Positions 50,158 to 59,694 of a stretch of 64,000 nt of DNA are shown here, in pieces (the stretch's first letter is position 1; each line of letters starts with the position of its first letter). This stretch comes from Minisyncoccia bacterium (lineage in GTDB: Bacteria; Patescibacteriota; Minisyncoccia; Phycocordibacterales; UBA918), in the NCBI GenBank assembly GCA_041750655.1, contig JBGSYZ010000017.1:68142-132141 (forward strand), in the 5' to 3' direction. The notes under the pieces are model-generated. The model was given only the letters and a program-made list of their open reading frames with translations, searched no databases and was not told the origin of the DNA. Position numbers and translations under genes: made by a program.

Positions 50158-50433
50158 ATGGCAGAAATTGAAGAGTATGTCCTCGACATAGAGGATTTTA
50201 TCAGAACGAGGAAACCAGATGGAACAATCGTTCTGACACACCCCACCTTTTCAGGAACGGTCGAATTCGGCCCGAATGAATCACCAATGTGGCTGTTTCC
50301 GAGATTAAAGGAATTCTCGGAAAACAATGGTGTTCTTCTAAGCCCCAAGCTGGCACGACTGGCTAAGGGAGTGGAAGACGACCTAAGTGGGAACGCTTGG
50401 GACTACGACGAGTCTGAGGACGACCTCTACTAG
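50158..50433 (+). CDS. Acidic hypothetical cargo protein between B1 and B2
   Basis: SD AAGGAGGTG before MAEIEEYV; terminator at about 50462-50499. Confidence 0.75.
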   Translation: MAEIEEYVLDIEDFIRTRKPDGTIVLTHPTFSGTVEFGPNESPMWLFPRLKEFSENNGVLLSPKLARLAKGVEDDLSGNAWDYDESEDDLY

Positions 50434-50586
50434 GCACAGGAGCTACCAATGTCTATAAGACCATAACCCCGCCCGAATGAGGCGGGGTTTTTTGTTATGC
50501 AAGATCCAGAGAAGAGAAAGATGATATGAAGTGTAATTCTTTCTCTATACTCTGCCAGTTCAATGTTAGAAACTCGTCCAGCACGC

Positions 50587-50750
50587 GGAGCATCAGTTTC
50601 CAAAACCCCAACACGTCTAGCGTTGGGGTTTTGTGATACTGACTCTGTGGACGGATTCGAAAAGGTTGACTGATATTTTACGACTGGAAGGAGTAAAAAT
50701 ATCGACAACCTGTACTGAAGCTGTATAGCTTCGAATCCTACCGCCGGAGC
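50587..50750 (+). mobile_element. 3' unit B2 (family I, E6), near-identical direct repeat of B1
   Basis: 164 nt; differs from B1 mainly in two hairpin loops. Confidence 0.85.
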
Positions 50751-50827
50751 TAGTAGAAGTACATTCAAAAAAGTGAATGTGTTTCTGTTATACTGAAATT
50801 AGTTAAAAGTAAGTGTATTCATTTTTT

Positions 50828-51529
50828 ATGTTTTCGATAAAAAATCTAGCACGCATTACTGGAGCAACCTATCTCCTGATGATTCCGTTTGGTGTCTTGG
50901 GGATTTTGTATGTTCCAAGTGCTATCTTTGTACATAATGATATGGTTGCGACTGTTGGTAATATTATTGCTAATAAACAAATGTTCCATTTCAGCATTTT
51001 TGCTTCGCTTGTCGTGCAACTGATACAAATTGTTTTAGTATTACTTCTGTATAAATTACTCAGCCACGCCAGCAAAACAGCCGGAATACTTATGATTGCG
51101 TTCATCATCCCAGCTGTTTCTATCGCTATGCTTAATGAAGTTAATCTGCTTGCAATCAGTAGTTTAGTTAGTGGTGCGACTTATACTGCTAGCTTTACTG
51201 CAGAGCAAATTCAAGGACTCGTTGGATTGTTGTTTGAAATGCATCAAGCAGGTGTCTTTGTGGCACAAATCTTCTGGGGCATCTGGTTATTCCCTATGGG
51301 GTATCTTGTGTATCATTCAGGATACATACCTCGTTTTATTGGTGTGTTACTGATGATTGGTTGTTTCGGGTACTTGGCCGACTCATTATTTTTTGTATTG
51401 AATATTGACATCAGGTTTACTATCAGCGAATTCACATTCTTGGGAGAAGTATTGTTACCCCTATGGTTAATCTTTAAGGCAAGTGACATTGCTCTGTATC
51501 ATCCGAATGGCAAATTACAGACCGTGTAA
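50828..51529 (+). CDS. DUF4386-like membrane protein
   Basis: ARITGATYL, IFWGIWLFPMGYLVYHSGYIPRFIG, GEVLLPLWL. Confidence 0.85.
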   Translation: MFSIKNLARITGATYLLMIPFGVLGILYVPSAIFVHNDMVATVGNIIANKQMFHFSIFASLVVQLIQIVLVLLLYKLLSHASKTAGILMIAFIIPAVSIAMLNEVNLLAISSLVSGATYTASFTAEQIQGLVGLLFEMHQAGVFVAQIFWGIWLFPMGYLVYHSGYIPRFIGVLLMIGCFGYLADSLFFVLNIDIRFTISEFTFLGEVLLPLWLIFKASDIALYHPNGKLQTV

Positions 51530-51673
51530 GGTTTTTCAGCAATTGTTCAATACTGCCTGTATTAAAATTTACCTCTGCTCTAACCAGGTTATATTTATGA
51601 ACATGCGTAAGTTGCAGAACAGATAAGCTTAAAACTCTTAACTACAAACATAAATTACTATATACTAGTGATC

Positions 51674-51817
51674 ATGACACGAATAATTGCATTAAGTCCA
51701 AAAAAGAACACCAAAAAAGGTCCTTATAAATCACCTAAACGTTTAGAAGCAAAACGAGAAATGCTAGCAAAAAAAGCGAGTAAAGCGAGTAAAGCGAGTA
51801 AAGGGAGAAAGAAGTAG
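51674..51817 (+). CDS. 47-aa highly basic small protein
   Basis: Manual translation MTRIIALSPKKNTKKGPYKSPKRLEAKREMLAKKASKASKASKGRKK; TATACT 7 nt upstream; terminator-like hairpin downstream. Confidence 0.7.
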   Translation: MTRIIALSPKKNTKKGPYKSPKRLEAKREMLAKKASKASKASKGRKK

Positions 51818-51942
51818 ACAAATAGAACGAGCATTTGTTGCATAAAGTCACGTATTAATTACGCGGCTTTTTTTGCATGTAGCGTACGAATACGACTTTA
51901 TCACTGAGTAATTAAAACCCTGCCAGAAGAATTTAGTAGGCC

Positions 51943-52503
51943 TTACATCCTGGTAGCAATTTTACTTTGCAATTGTAGTATTTGCTCTAGGAGAGCAATA
52001 ATTTGCGTCAACAATTCAATTTTTTTATGAAGTTCGGCATCAGTTGATGTTGTATGTACAGTACTACTAGTAACACTATTTTTCCAACAACTACGTGAAG
52101 AATTCCAGGGTGAGGTACCTGTAGTGTCGTACAAATGTCTGGCATACGCTAAGTTGTCATCAAGATTTTCTAGATCCAAACCTAAGGCCAGAGCGTCTTT
52201 TGTATGGACTACTTTGTAAAATTGGAATACTCCGACCATGGAATTATTGAAACCTCCGTGCAGAACAGAGCCGTCGTTATTCTGGTGTTGGAATTCGGAT
52301 TCGCAGCGAGCAATTTCGATCATAACCGGAATGTCACTAAAATACTCACGGACTCTTTTTTCAACTTCATTTTGAGTTAGTGGTGCTGGTGTGGTGGAAG
52401 TAGCCACTCCACTTTCGGCCGTAACTACATTAGGTTCTATGCCAAAATAGACTAGCACTATGGCCAAACTAAACAATGTGAGCAAGTTCTTCATTACACG
52501 CAT
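51943..52503 (-). CDS. Secreted lytic-transglycosylase-like protein
   Basis: IARCES, GVFQ, NLAYARHLY...GTSPW. Confidence 0.8.
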   Translation of the reverse strand: MRVMKNLLTLFSLAIVLVYFGIEPNVVTAESGVATSTTPAPLTQNEVEKRVREYFSDIPVMIEIARCESEFQHQNNDGSVLHGGFNNSMVGVFQFYKVVHTKDALALGLDLENLDDNLAYARHLYDTTGTSPWNSSRSCWKNSVTSSTVHTTSTDAELHKKIELLTQIIALLEQILQLQSKIATRM

Positions 52504-52604
52504 TGTATCATTTTAATATTTATAAAAGGGTGATATAGATGAAACTTCTTTCCAAAGAGGACTTATTACCGTTGCGGTACAGTAGTCTAATCGAAGCGTA
52601 TGTA

Positions 52605-53297
52605 TCAATCGTCCTCCTCGTCTTCGTGTTCCTCCTCATGATCTTCGTGTTCATCTTCATGCTCGTCATCTATCTTTGTATTTGTTTCTACAGTTTTGGT
52701 AGGTGTGACAATTATTGGGGTGGTTTCAGCCGCTGGTTTCGGGTTTGGTTTATTTACTGGCACAGCCGCGGTGTCTCTAACTTCTACTATCTGGGCTGGC
52801 TCCATCACTACAAAGTCTTGAAAGGGGATATCACTATAATGATCAATACTAGCAGCAATACGATAGACTCCGGGTATGCTAAATAATTCAGGCCAGTCAT
52901 CAAAATTGTAGCTGCGAGTAGCCTCACTCGGGACAGCTACATTTCTTTCCTCGGAATAACATTCACCGTCGGTCTTAGCGTTGGCGTGGATTTGTATCCA
53001 GGTTCCGTCGTACCAACGGTATACGTTAAGAGGTTCGCTCGGACACTGGTTGGTGACGTACACAGGCACTGGGAAATGATTGGTAACGGTAAAGCCAATA
53101 GACTCACCGAGTTGGTACTTTGTTTTGTCTACTGTTAGTTCAATATTTCCTGAAGGCAAATGATGTTCTTCATACTTGTGGTACATTGCAGTAGCAAAGG
53201 TGGCCGTACCTGCTAAAAGGAGGGCGTACAAAGCTACCCAAGGCAATATGCGTCCGAGTTGAGGGTTGCTATAGTTTTGCTTTTTAAATATGTTCAT
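52605..53297 (-). CDS. Membrane-anchored Ig-like protein with His/Glu-rich tail
   Basis: TM, DKTKYQLGESI, PGVYRI, EHEDEHEDHEEEHED; ATGA overlap with the upstream gene. Confidence 0.7.
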   Translation of the reverse strand: MNIFKKQNYSNPQLGRILPWVALYALLLAGTATFATAMYHKYEEHHLPSGNIELTVDKTKYQLGESIGFTVTNHFPVPVYVTNQCPSEPLNVYRWYDGTWIQIHANAKTDGECYSEERNVAVPSEATRSYNFDDWPELFSIPGVYRIAASIDHYSDIPFQDFVVMEPAQIVEVRDTAAVPVNKPNPKPAAETTPIIVTPTKTVETNTKIDDEHEDEHEDHEEEHEDEEDD

Positions 53298-54031
53298 ACA
53301 GTGTACGCTCGCCATAATCGTTTGAGTGAGGCAATTAGTAGGATAACACCCAGACCTATCCAAACATAACGAAGGATTCCGCCTGCTAGGTCAGTACCAA
53401 TAAAGAGTGCGTGTACGAACACAAACACCATCGCGAGGTAACTTAATAAGTGTATTACTTTCCAAGCTTTTGTTCTTCCTTCAACCCAAATAAGTGATAC
53501 TAGTACAATTAAAACAATGAGATAAAAAGCGGCAACTCCTAGGGCGACGTACAGAGAACCGAACGATATTCCATAAAGTTCGACTGGCTGGTATTGTGAT
53601 GCAAAGGGAACAAGTAGATCAACCACACTAAATGGTACAAAGTGATCAAAGTATAACGCAATCATGTGGAGTAGCAGAGAGATAGTCAGTATGATGCCGA
53701 GTGAGCGATGTGTGGCCCAGCCAGTGAGTGGTTCTATAAAGGCGTAGGTTCGCCCAGTTATAAAACCAATGCCAGAGAGCATTAATAGGGTCATGGCGAC
53801 GGCTGCCACTAAACCTGAAGCGCGTGTGAGATACCAGGGCCAAGAATTTTGGACGCGACTCAATAACTCTTCGGCCATTGATGTCTGAGCAGTGGCGTCT
53901 ACCACTATACTTGCTCCTGGGGTAGGTGTCTGAGCTTGGCTAGAAAGGGTGAATGCAGAAAGGCTAAGAAAAATAATTATTGCAAAAATAATAGTTAATA
54001 TATGTCGGTGGGGCAATTTATACGTATGCAT
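53294..54031 (-). CDS. Ferric-reductase-like (MsrQ-like) transmembrane cytochrome
   Basis: WYLTRASG, HRSLG, LH, WKVIHLLSY, H...GTD heme-ligand pattern. Confidence 0.85.
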   Translation of the reverse strand: MHTYKLPHRHILTIIFAIIIFLSLSAFTLSSQAQTPTPGASIVVDATAQTSMAEELLSRVQNSWPWYLTRASGLVAAVAMTLLMLSGIGFITGRTYAFIEPLTGWATHRSLGIILTISLLLHMIALYFDHFVPFSVVDLLVPFASQYQPVELYGISFGSLYVALGVAAFYLIVLIVLVSLIWVEGRTKAWKVIHLLSYLAMVFVFVHALFIGTDLAGGILRYVWIGLGVILLIASLKRLWRAYTV

Positions 54032-54060
54032 GTGTGTATATTGTACGATATCACGGCGTT

Positions 54061-54975
54061 CTAGTCAGTGGTTATAAAGTCATTTCCAAGTGTCCGAATA
54101 TTGCCGAGCGCATCCTGAGACAAAACCGCCCGAGCATATCCCTGGCTGAACATCTTTTGAGTAAAATCCTCGCCAGCTATAAGTATGCATGAAGCGAGTA
54201 CGTCGGCAGTAACAGTATCATTAGCCACGACCGTTACTATTTCGTATTGAGATTCAGCAGTTACTCCCGTACGAGGATCGATGATATGTTTTTGAGATTT
54301 ATTTTGTTTTTTTCTAGTGAGGCCAGAAGTGGCGATTCCATACGGGACAGTTGCGCTACTATAGGTAAGATTTTTAATTGTGGTCTGAGGAGTGGTTTCT
54401 ATTTCAATTTCCCACGGGCCAGTCGGTCGTTGTCCGCTTATGTGTATATCGCCGCCAAGAGACAAACAAAAATCTTTGGTGTACGGTCTCAGCCAATTAG
54501 CTAATTTGTCAGCCAAAAAGCCTTTGCCTATACCACCAAAATCGAGAGCTGCTTCAGTTGGTATGTAGGCCCAGGTGTCACCAATTTCTAATGTATCAAA
54601 GCTAGCTAACTTTCGCGCTGTGAAATCTGACGAGTGGGTGTTGCTGTCTGTCATGGAAGACAGGTAGCCAGCTTGTTGTAGTTGCGGAAGAATAAACGGG
54701 TTAAAAAGTCCGTCTGTTAGTTCAAAAAAATATTTTGTACTTTGAAGCAGCTCTTTAAAATCGGGCGAAATAGATGTTTTGGCGCCTGCCTGATGATTGA
54801 AGTGTGTAAGCTCACTTGTCTCGGAAAAACGACTGAAGCGGTTTTTAAATTCATTTACAATTTTCCACAACTCTACAAACCAGCTTTCAACTTCAGGTAC
54901 ATTTTCAGATACCAACCATAAATCAACAGTAGTGCCTAGAACATCGCATGATTGGCTATATACCTGCCTACTCAT
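54061..54975 (-). CDS. apbE: FAD:protein FMN transferase
   Basis: FSRFSETSEL, LDFGGIGKG, GGDI, ATSG, HIIDPRTG, ADVLA. Confidence 0.93.
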   Translation of the reverse strand: MSRQVYSQSCDVLGTTVDLWLVSENVPEVESWFVELWKIVNEFKNRFSRFSETSELTHFNHQAGAKTSISPDFKELLQSTKYFFELTDGLFNPFILPQLQQAGYLSSMTDSNTHSSDFTARKLASFDTLEIGDTWAYIPTEAALDFGGIGKGFLADKLANWLRPYTKDFCLSLGGDIHISGQRPTGPWEIEIETTPQTTIKNLTYSSATVPYGIATSGLTRKKQNKSQKHIIDPRTGVTAESQYEIVTVVANDTVTADVLASCILIAGEDFTQKMFSQGYARAVLSQDALGNIRTLGNDFITTD

Positions 54976-56150
54976 GATCGTTTGGTTTTTGGTTTGCTAG
55001 TGGTTGTAACAGTTTTTGTGGGGGTTGGAGCAGGAGTTGCTACAACTGGTGCTGGTGTTGGTGTGACTACCACTGGTGTTGGTTTTACAACAACCGGCGC
55101 TGGGGTAGTAACTACTGGTGTAGGAGTCGGTGTCGAATTAACAGTTTTTTTCTCGTCGTTTGGCACAGTAACCAAGATTGGTTCTTGGGTAGTATCGGTG
55201 TCTACTTGCGGTGGTATCGATTTGATATTGCTCAGCACGTTAGCATTAATACCAACAATGTCATTTTGTACTTCGGTTATTTCGGGAGCGTAGCTAGCTT
55301 CAAGTGTTGGTAGGGTTTTAATTAAATCACTTGTTACCACAAAACCACCAAAAATCATTAATAAAAGACCAGATGAAGCGTATGCGTTAAGTGGCCAACT
55401 CATTTGTAAGCTATTGCTTGAACCAGAACCTTGATTAAAGGCTTCGCTCAATATCCTTGAGTGAGGTACCCCATGATCAGCCAGCAAGTTTTGCATAGCC
55501 TTGATATATCCGCCTGGTCCACAAATCATATAGGTTTGATGACTGAAGTTTAATCCTAGGCTTCTTACGGTCGTATCGTCTAGTCGTCCAACTATAAATT
55601 CGCTATTACTAAAGCGATCAGTGTCACCACCAGCAATAATAAAGGTGATACGAAGTCTTGGGTTTTTGTTTTCTAACAAAGTTAATTCCTCGAAAAAGGG
55701 TATGTCGTTTTGATTTCTGCAACTAAAAATCAAATGAATGTTATGTTTAAGTTGGAGTTCGCTCGCATAACGAATCATGCTCATAAATGGAGTAACACCG
55801 ATACCACCAGCTAGAAAAACCAGATTTTGATTTTCTTGGTCTTTGAGGACAAAATGTCCGAACGGACCACGTACGACTATTCTGTCACCAGCCTCTAAGC
55901 GTTCAAGTGCCTGAGTATAGTCTCCGCCAACTCGAGCACAAAACTCTAGTTCGGAACGTTTGTTCGGTGAAGAAGCAATAGAAAAACAGCGTGTGGTCGT
56001 TGGTCGGATTTGGTCATGAAGACTAATGGCAGCATACTGACCAGGTTCAAAGAGAAGGGGTTTCCTTCCTTCATCGCACACCATTTTTACTGAACGAACA
56101 GTAGGTGTTATTAAGTTGTTTTCAGAAACTGTATAGTGATACTTACTCAT
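54972..56150 (-). CDS. FNR-family FAD/NAD(P) oxidoreductase with C-terminal TM and P/T-rich tail
   Basis: FEPGQY, RCFSIAS, GPFG, AGGIGVTPF, ICGP, EAF. Confidence 0.9.
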   Translation of the reverse strand: MSKYHYTVSENNLITPTVRSVKMVCDEGRKPLLFEPGQYAAISLHDQIRPTTTRCFSIASSPNKRSELEFCARVGGDYTQALERLEAGDRIVVRGPFGHFVLKDQENQNLVFLAGGIGVTPFMSMIRYASELQLKHNIHLIFSCRNQNDIPFFEELTLLENKNPRLRITFIIAGGDTDRFSNSEFIVGRLDDTTVRSLGLNFSHQTYMICGPGGYIKAMQNLLADHGVPHSRILSEAFNQGSGSSNSLQMSWPLNAYASSGLLLMIFGGFVVTSDLIKTLPTLEASYAPEITEVQNDIVGINANVLSNIKSIPPQVDTDTTQEPILVTVPNDEKKTVNSTPTPTPVVTTPAPVVVKPTPVVVTPTPAPVVATPAPTPTKTVTTTSKPKTKRS

Positions 56151-56265
56151 GTTTTATATAGTATATATGTATTAAGACGAATACCCGGCTTAGTTATTAC
56201 ACTTTTTGGGTAAAAATATTACATATTATAATCAGTTATTATTATATGTGGTAATCTAAATAAAC

Positions 56266-56466
56266 ATGAAAAATCTAAAATGCGATCTGTGTGAGTTCGT
56301 AGCTAGTGGTGAAACCTTTGATGATTGGATGAACGCACTAAAGCCGCACTATGCAGAGGCACACGCTGATTTTATGCAAGCCTCAGGTAAATTATCAGAA
56401 GCGCAGCAAAAAGAAGAAATGGAAAAGTGGATGAGTGAAAACAAAGCTCGATTTAATGCGGCTTGA
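56266..56466 (+). CDS. Small metal-binding hypothetical protein
   Basis: CDLC...H...H pattern. Confidence 0.7.
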   Translation: MKNLKCDLCEFVASGETFDDWMNALKPHYAEAHADFMQASGKLSEAQQKEEMEKWMSENKARFNAA

Positions 56467-56484
56467 TTACTTTTTAAACAAACA

Positions 56485-57411
56485 GTGACTGTTACTAAGA
56501 AAAGACACAGACTAACAATCATTTGGCTGATGTCAGTCATTTTAGTTTTATCAGTTATTTTGTTTTTGAGTTTAAGTAACCGGTTGAGCTATAAGCGGGT
56601 GGCTGATGATCTAGAAGGGATTGTTGAAGAAACATCTATTATAGAAGACACTTTTCTTCATGAAGAGGAAGTAGTGATTATTGATACAAAATCTACAACC
56701 AGCGAACCAACGATACTACCAATAGAGAAAGTTCTTTTTGAATACATAGAGGTAACCGATGGGTGTGGTATACATTTTGAGGGTGAGTGTTTGAATGTTC
56801 GCTCGGGTCCTGGAATAGAGTATCCAGTAGTGGCCCAGTTACGTAATGGCATAGTTTTAAAAGTAGGCGGTCAGGTAGAAAGAGAAGGTGAAAAGTGGTA
56901 CAAAATTATCTTTGATGAATGGCTGAGATACCCCGAACGAGTAGCTGATGATTGGTACGTTGCTTCAGAATATGTGGAAGTGTTACTGGATGAGGGCAGC
57001 AAAACAGTTTGGGAAGACGGTGAGGCTACTACTACAAAAAGTATTATTGTGGATCGTTCCGAACAAAAACTATATGCCTACGACGGGGAAGAGTTGTTTA
57101 TGGAAGTCCCAATTTCAACTGGTCTAGAATTTACACCAACTCCACGAGGGACTTTTTCTATCTATAAAAAAACTCCCAGCAGATACATGCAAGGGCCTTT
57201 GCCTAATTTAGTTGATCAGCAGTATTACGATTTACCAGGTGTACCATGGAACTTGTATTTTACTCAAGGGGGGGCAGTTATACATGGTGCTTATTGGCAT
57301 AATAGCTTCGGCACACCTTACTCTCACGGCTGTGTAAATCTTTTACCAGATAATGCTCGTAAGTTATATAACTGGGCAGTGCTAGGTACAAAAGTGGTAG
57401 TTAGAGATTAA
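56485..57411 (+). CDS. L,D-transpeptidase with SH3-like domain
   Basis: LNVRSGPG, TPRGTF, IHGAYWH...SHGCVNL. Confidence 0.92.
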   Translation: MTVTKKRHRLTIIWLMSVILVLSVILFLSLSNRLSYKRVADDLEGIVEETSIIEDTFLHEEEVVIIDTKSTTSEPTILPIEKVLFEYIEVTDGCGIHFEGECLNVRSGPGIEYPVVAQLRNGIVLKVGGQVEREGEKWYKIIFDEWLRYPERVADDWYVASEYVEVLLDEGSKTVWEDGEATTTKSIIVDRSEQKLYAYDGEELFMEVPISTGLEFTPTPRGTFSIYKKTPSRYMQGPLPNLVDQQYYDLPGVPWNLYFTQGGAVIHGAYWHNSFGTPYSHGCVNLLPDNARKLYNWAVLGTKVVVRD

Positions 57412-57434
57412 ATTATAACGCCACAATTTAGTGC

Positions 57435-58292
57435 TTGTGTATAGACCTAAGGTCAACTTATAATAGTCGGACTTTGAAATATATTCATTTTGTAGAAGGG
57501 CTGGTTTTAGTAATAACAATCAGCTTCTCACAGAGTTCTTTGTATGCAGCGCCTTCCACAACGTATGCGGTGACTGAACCTGAACCTCCCGAACCTATGT
57601 CGGTAGTTGAATCAATAGAAAATGAAAATAAAGACTTTGCAATAATTTTAAAATCTGAGATTAAAAAAGAAGAGGAAAAAGTCAAAGTAGATGAAGCTGT
57701 AGGAATTAAAACAGATAACATAAAAAAAGTTGAGGTAGATGAGACTGGTGCTATTCATCAAGAAATAAACTTAGAAGAATCAGTAACAAATGATAGTGTC
57801 TACAAGGTTCCATTCTATTCCCAGTTTACTGATATTTCATCAGCGGAATGGCGTAAGGTGGGCTGCGGTATTGCGAGTGTGGCTATGATAATCGACTATT
57901 ACAGCCAAGAAGATGTCTTAGTTGATGATTTACTAAAAAAAGGTATTGCTGCTGGAGCTTTTTCGAGTGATGTTGGCTGGACTCACCAGGGACTGATAAA
58001 TCTTTCTAAGCCTTACGGACTGAAAGGTCTTAGTCGAGAAATGTCTGCTCTGAGTATGCAGGACGCTTTTTCGGAACTTGAAAAAGTTTTGGCAAAAGGG
58101 CCAGTAATGGTGTCTGTTCACTATACATTTGATCCTAAAAACCCAATTCCACACTTGGTCGTAATAGACGGGATAAAAGATGGAAAAGTTTTTTACAATG
58201 ATCCGGCGGAAGCTGAAGGAGGTGGTTCGATTTCGATTACTAAGTTCCAGAGCTCATGGAAAAAAAGATATATTGAAATATCACCCGCATAA
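57435..58292 (+). CDS. C39-like peptidase (start uncertain)
   Basis: VPFYSQ, CGIASVAM, HLVVIDG, YNDP. Confidence 0.85.
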   Translation: MCIDLRSTYNSRTLKYIHFVEGLVLVITISFSQSSLYAAPSTTYAVTEPEPPEPMSVVESIENENKDFAIILKSEIKKEEEKVKVDEAVGIKTDNIKKVEVDETGAIHQEINLEESVTNDSVYKVPFYSQFTDISSAEWRKVGCGIASVAMIIDYYSQEDVLVDDLLKKGIAAGAFSSDVGWTHQGLINLSKPYGLKGLSREMSALSMQDAFSELEKVLAKGPVMVSVHYTFDPKNPIPHLVVIDGIKDGKVFYNDPAEAEGGGSISITKFQSSWKKRYIEISPA

Positions 58293-58327
58293 GTTATTTT
58301 TACTTACTAGTCTGTTACAATTATCTG

Positions 58328-58561
58328 ATGTCAAAGGAGGAAGATAAAGTACACAGCGTACTCACACAAATTGAGAATCAACTCAGTCGTCAGAATTCAA
58401 TCGGCCGGGTCTTTATTTTGGGCTTGTTCAGAGGACTCGGTACCGCTCTCGGAGCCACGGTCTTACTGGCAATAATTACTTCACTCGCATTACAATTTTC
58501 TGACACACTGGATTTGCATATGCTCACACAGTATTTTTTTAGTGATGCCTTTGGAGAATAA
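58328..58561 (+). CDS. DUF5665-like small membrane protein
   Basis: FILGLFRGLGTALGAT. Confidence 0.75.
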   Translation: MSKEEDKVHSVLTQIENQLSRQNSIGRVFILGLFRGLGTALGATVLLAIITSLALQFSDTLDLHMLTQYFFSDAFGE

Positions 58562-58618
58562 TACAACCGCCCGTAGGGCGGTTGTATTATGTGTCTAACT
58601 ATGTGGAGCTATGCGGAG

Positions 58619-59317
58619 TTAGATGTTTATTTCGGTCTCTGATTCAACCTCGACGGCTGCGTCTGGGTCAGATTCATCTGTGTTACTCGCTGAGTCAACT
58701 TCCATGTTGGTTTCTTCATTCTCCATACTTTCGTCAGTTGTGTCCATAATTTCTTCGTCGGGAGTTTCCGAATCTGTTATCTCAGTTTCAGTCTCCAAAG
58801 CAGCTTCTGTATCAGAGCTTACTTCAAAGTCGTCGATAATGTCTTCGGCATGGTCAATTACTGCTGACACAGTTTCAGCTACAGCAACGGCAATACCCCG
58901 ACTACTACTCGTACTTCCACGAACGTTGAGCTTCGGCCGCTCGTTTTCTGGTAGTGTCATCACTGATGCGTCAATTGATACTAGTGTTGAGCTGTACTTA
59001 GTTAGGATTCGGCTAAGAGTGTCCAGCCCACCAAGCAATTGATTTTTTTGCTCATCAGTAAGCTTGGCTTTGTTTGATGACTCGACACTCTCGTTAATGG
59101 CGTTAAGTCGGGTTGCAATTTTTACTTGAGCTTGAGCTGCGTCTTCTGGGCTTAGAGTTCCAGCGGATACTTCAGCTTCCAGTGAAGCTAACTCAGTTTC
59201 AAGAGCAGCTACTTCATTTTCAAAAGTAGCAGTGTAATTGACTGTGTCACCTTGGAAAATAAACCAGCCGATACCAGCTAGAAGTAAAATTCCGAGGGCG
59301 ATAATAAATTTGTTCAT
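58619..59317 (-). CDS. Membrane-anchored acidic coiled-coil protein
   Basis: N-terminal TM; E/D-rich C-terminus. Confidence 0.75.
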   Translation of the reverse strand: MNKFIIALGILLLAGIGWFIFQGDTVNYTATFENEVAALETELASLEAEVSAGTLSPEDAAQAQVKIATRLNAINESVESSNKAKLTDEQKNQLLGGLDTLSRILTKYSSTLVSIDASVMTLPENERPKLNVRGSTSSSRGIAVAVAETVSAVIDHAEDIIDDFEVSSDTEAALETETEITDSETPDEEIMDTTDESMENEETNMEVDSASNTDESDPDAAVEVESETEINI

Positions 59318-59448
59318 TGTTGTGATTAGTTATGTTAATAGGGAGCTAATTTAAATCTACACTATATATGACGCTAGGTATGAACATTCCTTACTAAAAA
59401 CCAACCATTTTTTAAAAAACACCAAAAATAAAGTGTTAATGGAGATGA

Positions 59449-59477
59449 TTGACACTTCTCAATAATCGTGCTATTTT
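59449..59477 (+). promoter_or_regulatory. Sigma-70 promoter of the DEAD-box gene
   Basis: TTGACA-N17-TATTTT with TG extension; implies a leader of about 210 nt. Confidence 0.6.
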
Positions 59478-59534
59478 TGCGGGAAGCTTTTTAAACTCGT
59501 GTGGAATTAAAAGGCATGTGCTCGTAGCCTTCGT

Positions 59535-59606
59535 GAGACCTTTTGGTACTTTCTGGATGCTAAGCATTAAGAAGTACCAACAGGTGTACAGCTCCTCTCT
59601 GGAGCC
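59535..59606 (+). mobile_element. Family I-like element (E7) in the DEAD-box leader
   Basis: ACCT..TTGGTACTT/AAGTACCAA..AGGT; GTAC; GCTCC/GGAGC hairpin; GTACAGCTCCT identical to E1. Confidence 0.6.
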
Positions 59607-59694
59607 CTCGGTCGCGCATATTGCCATGACTGATTTCTGAAATTATTACCTACACAAATTTGAGACGTATTGTCTCTCACTTAAAAAATAAATA

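Noticed and set aside
50430-50768. Minus-strand 112-aa ORF and short ORFs over 48792-49013
   Set aside because: They overlap unit B2 or the tRNA and have no protein-like features.
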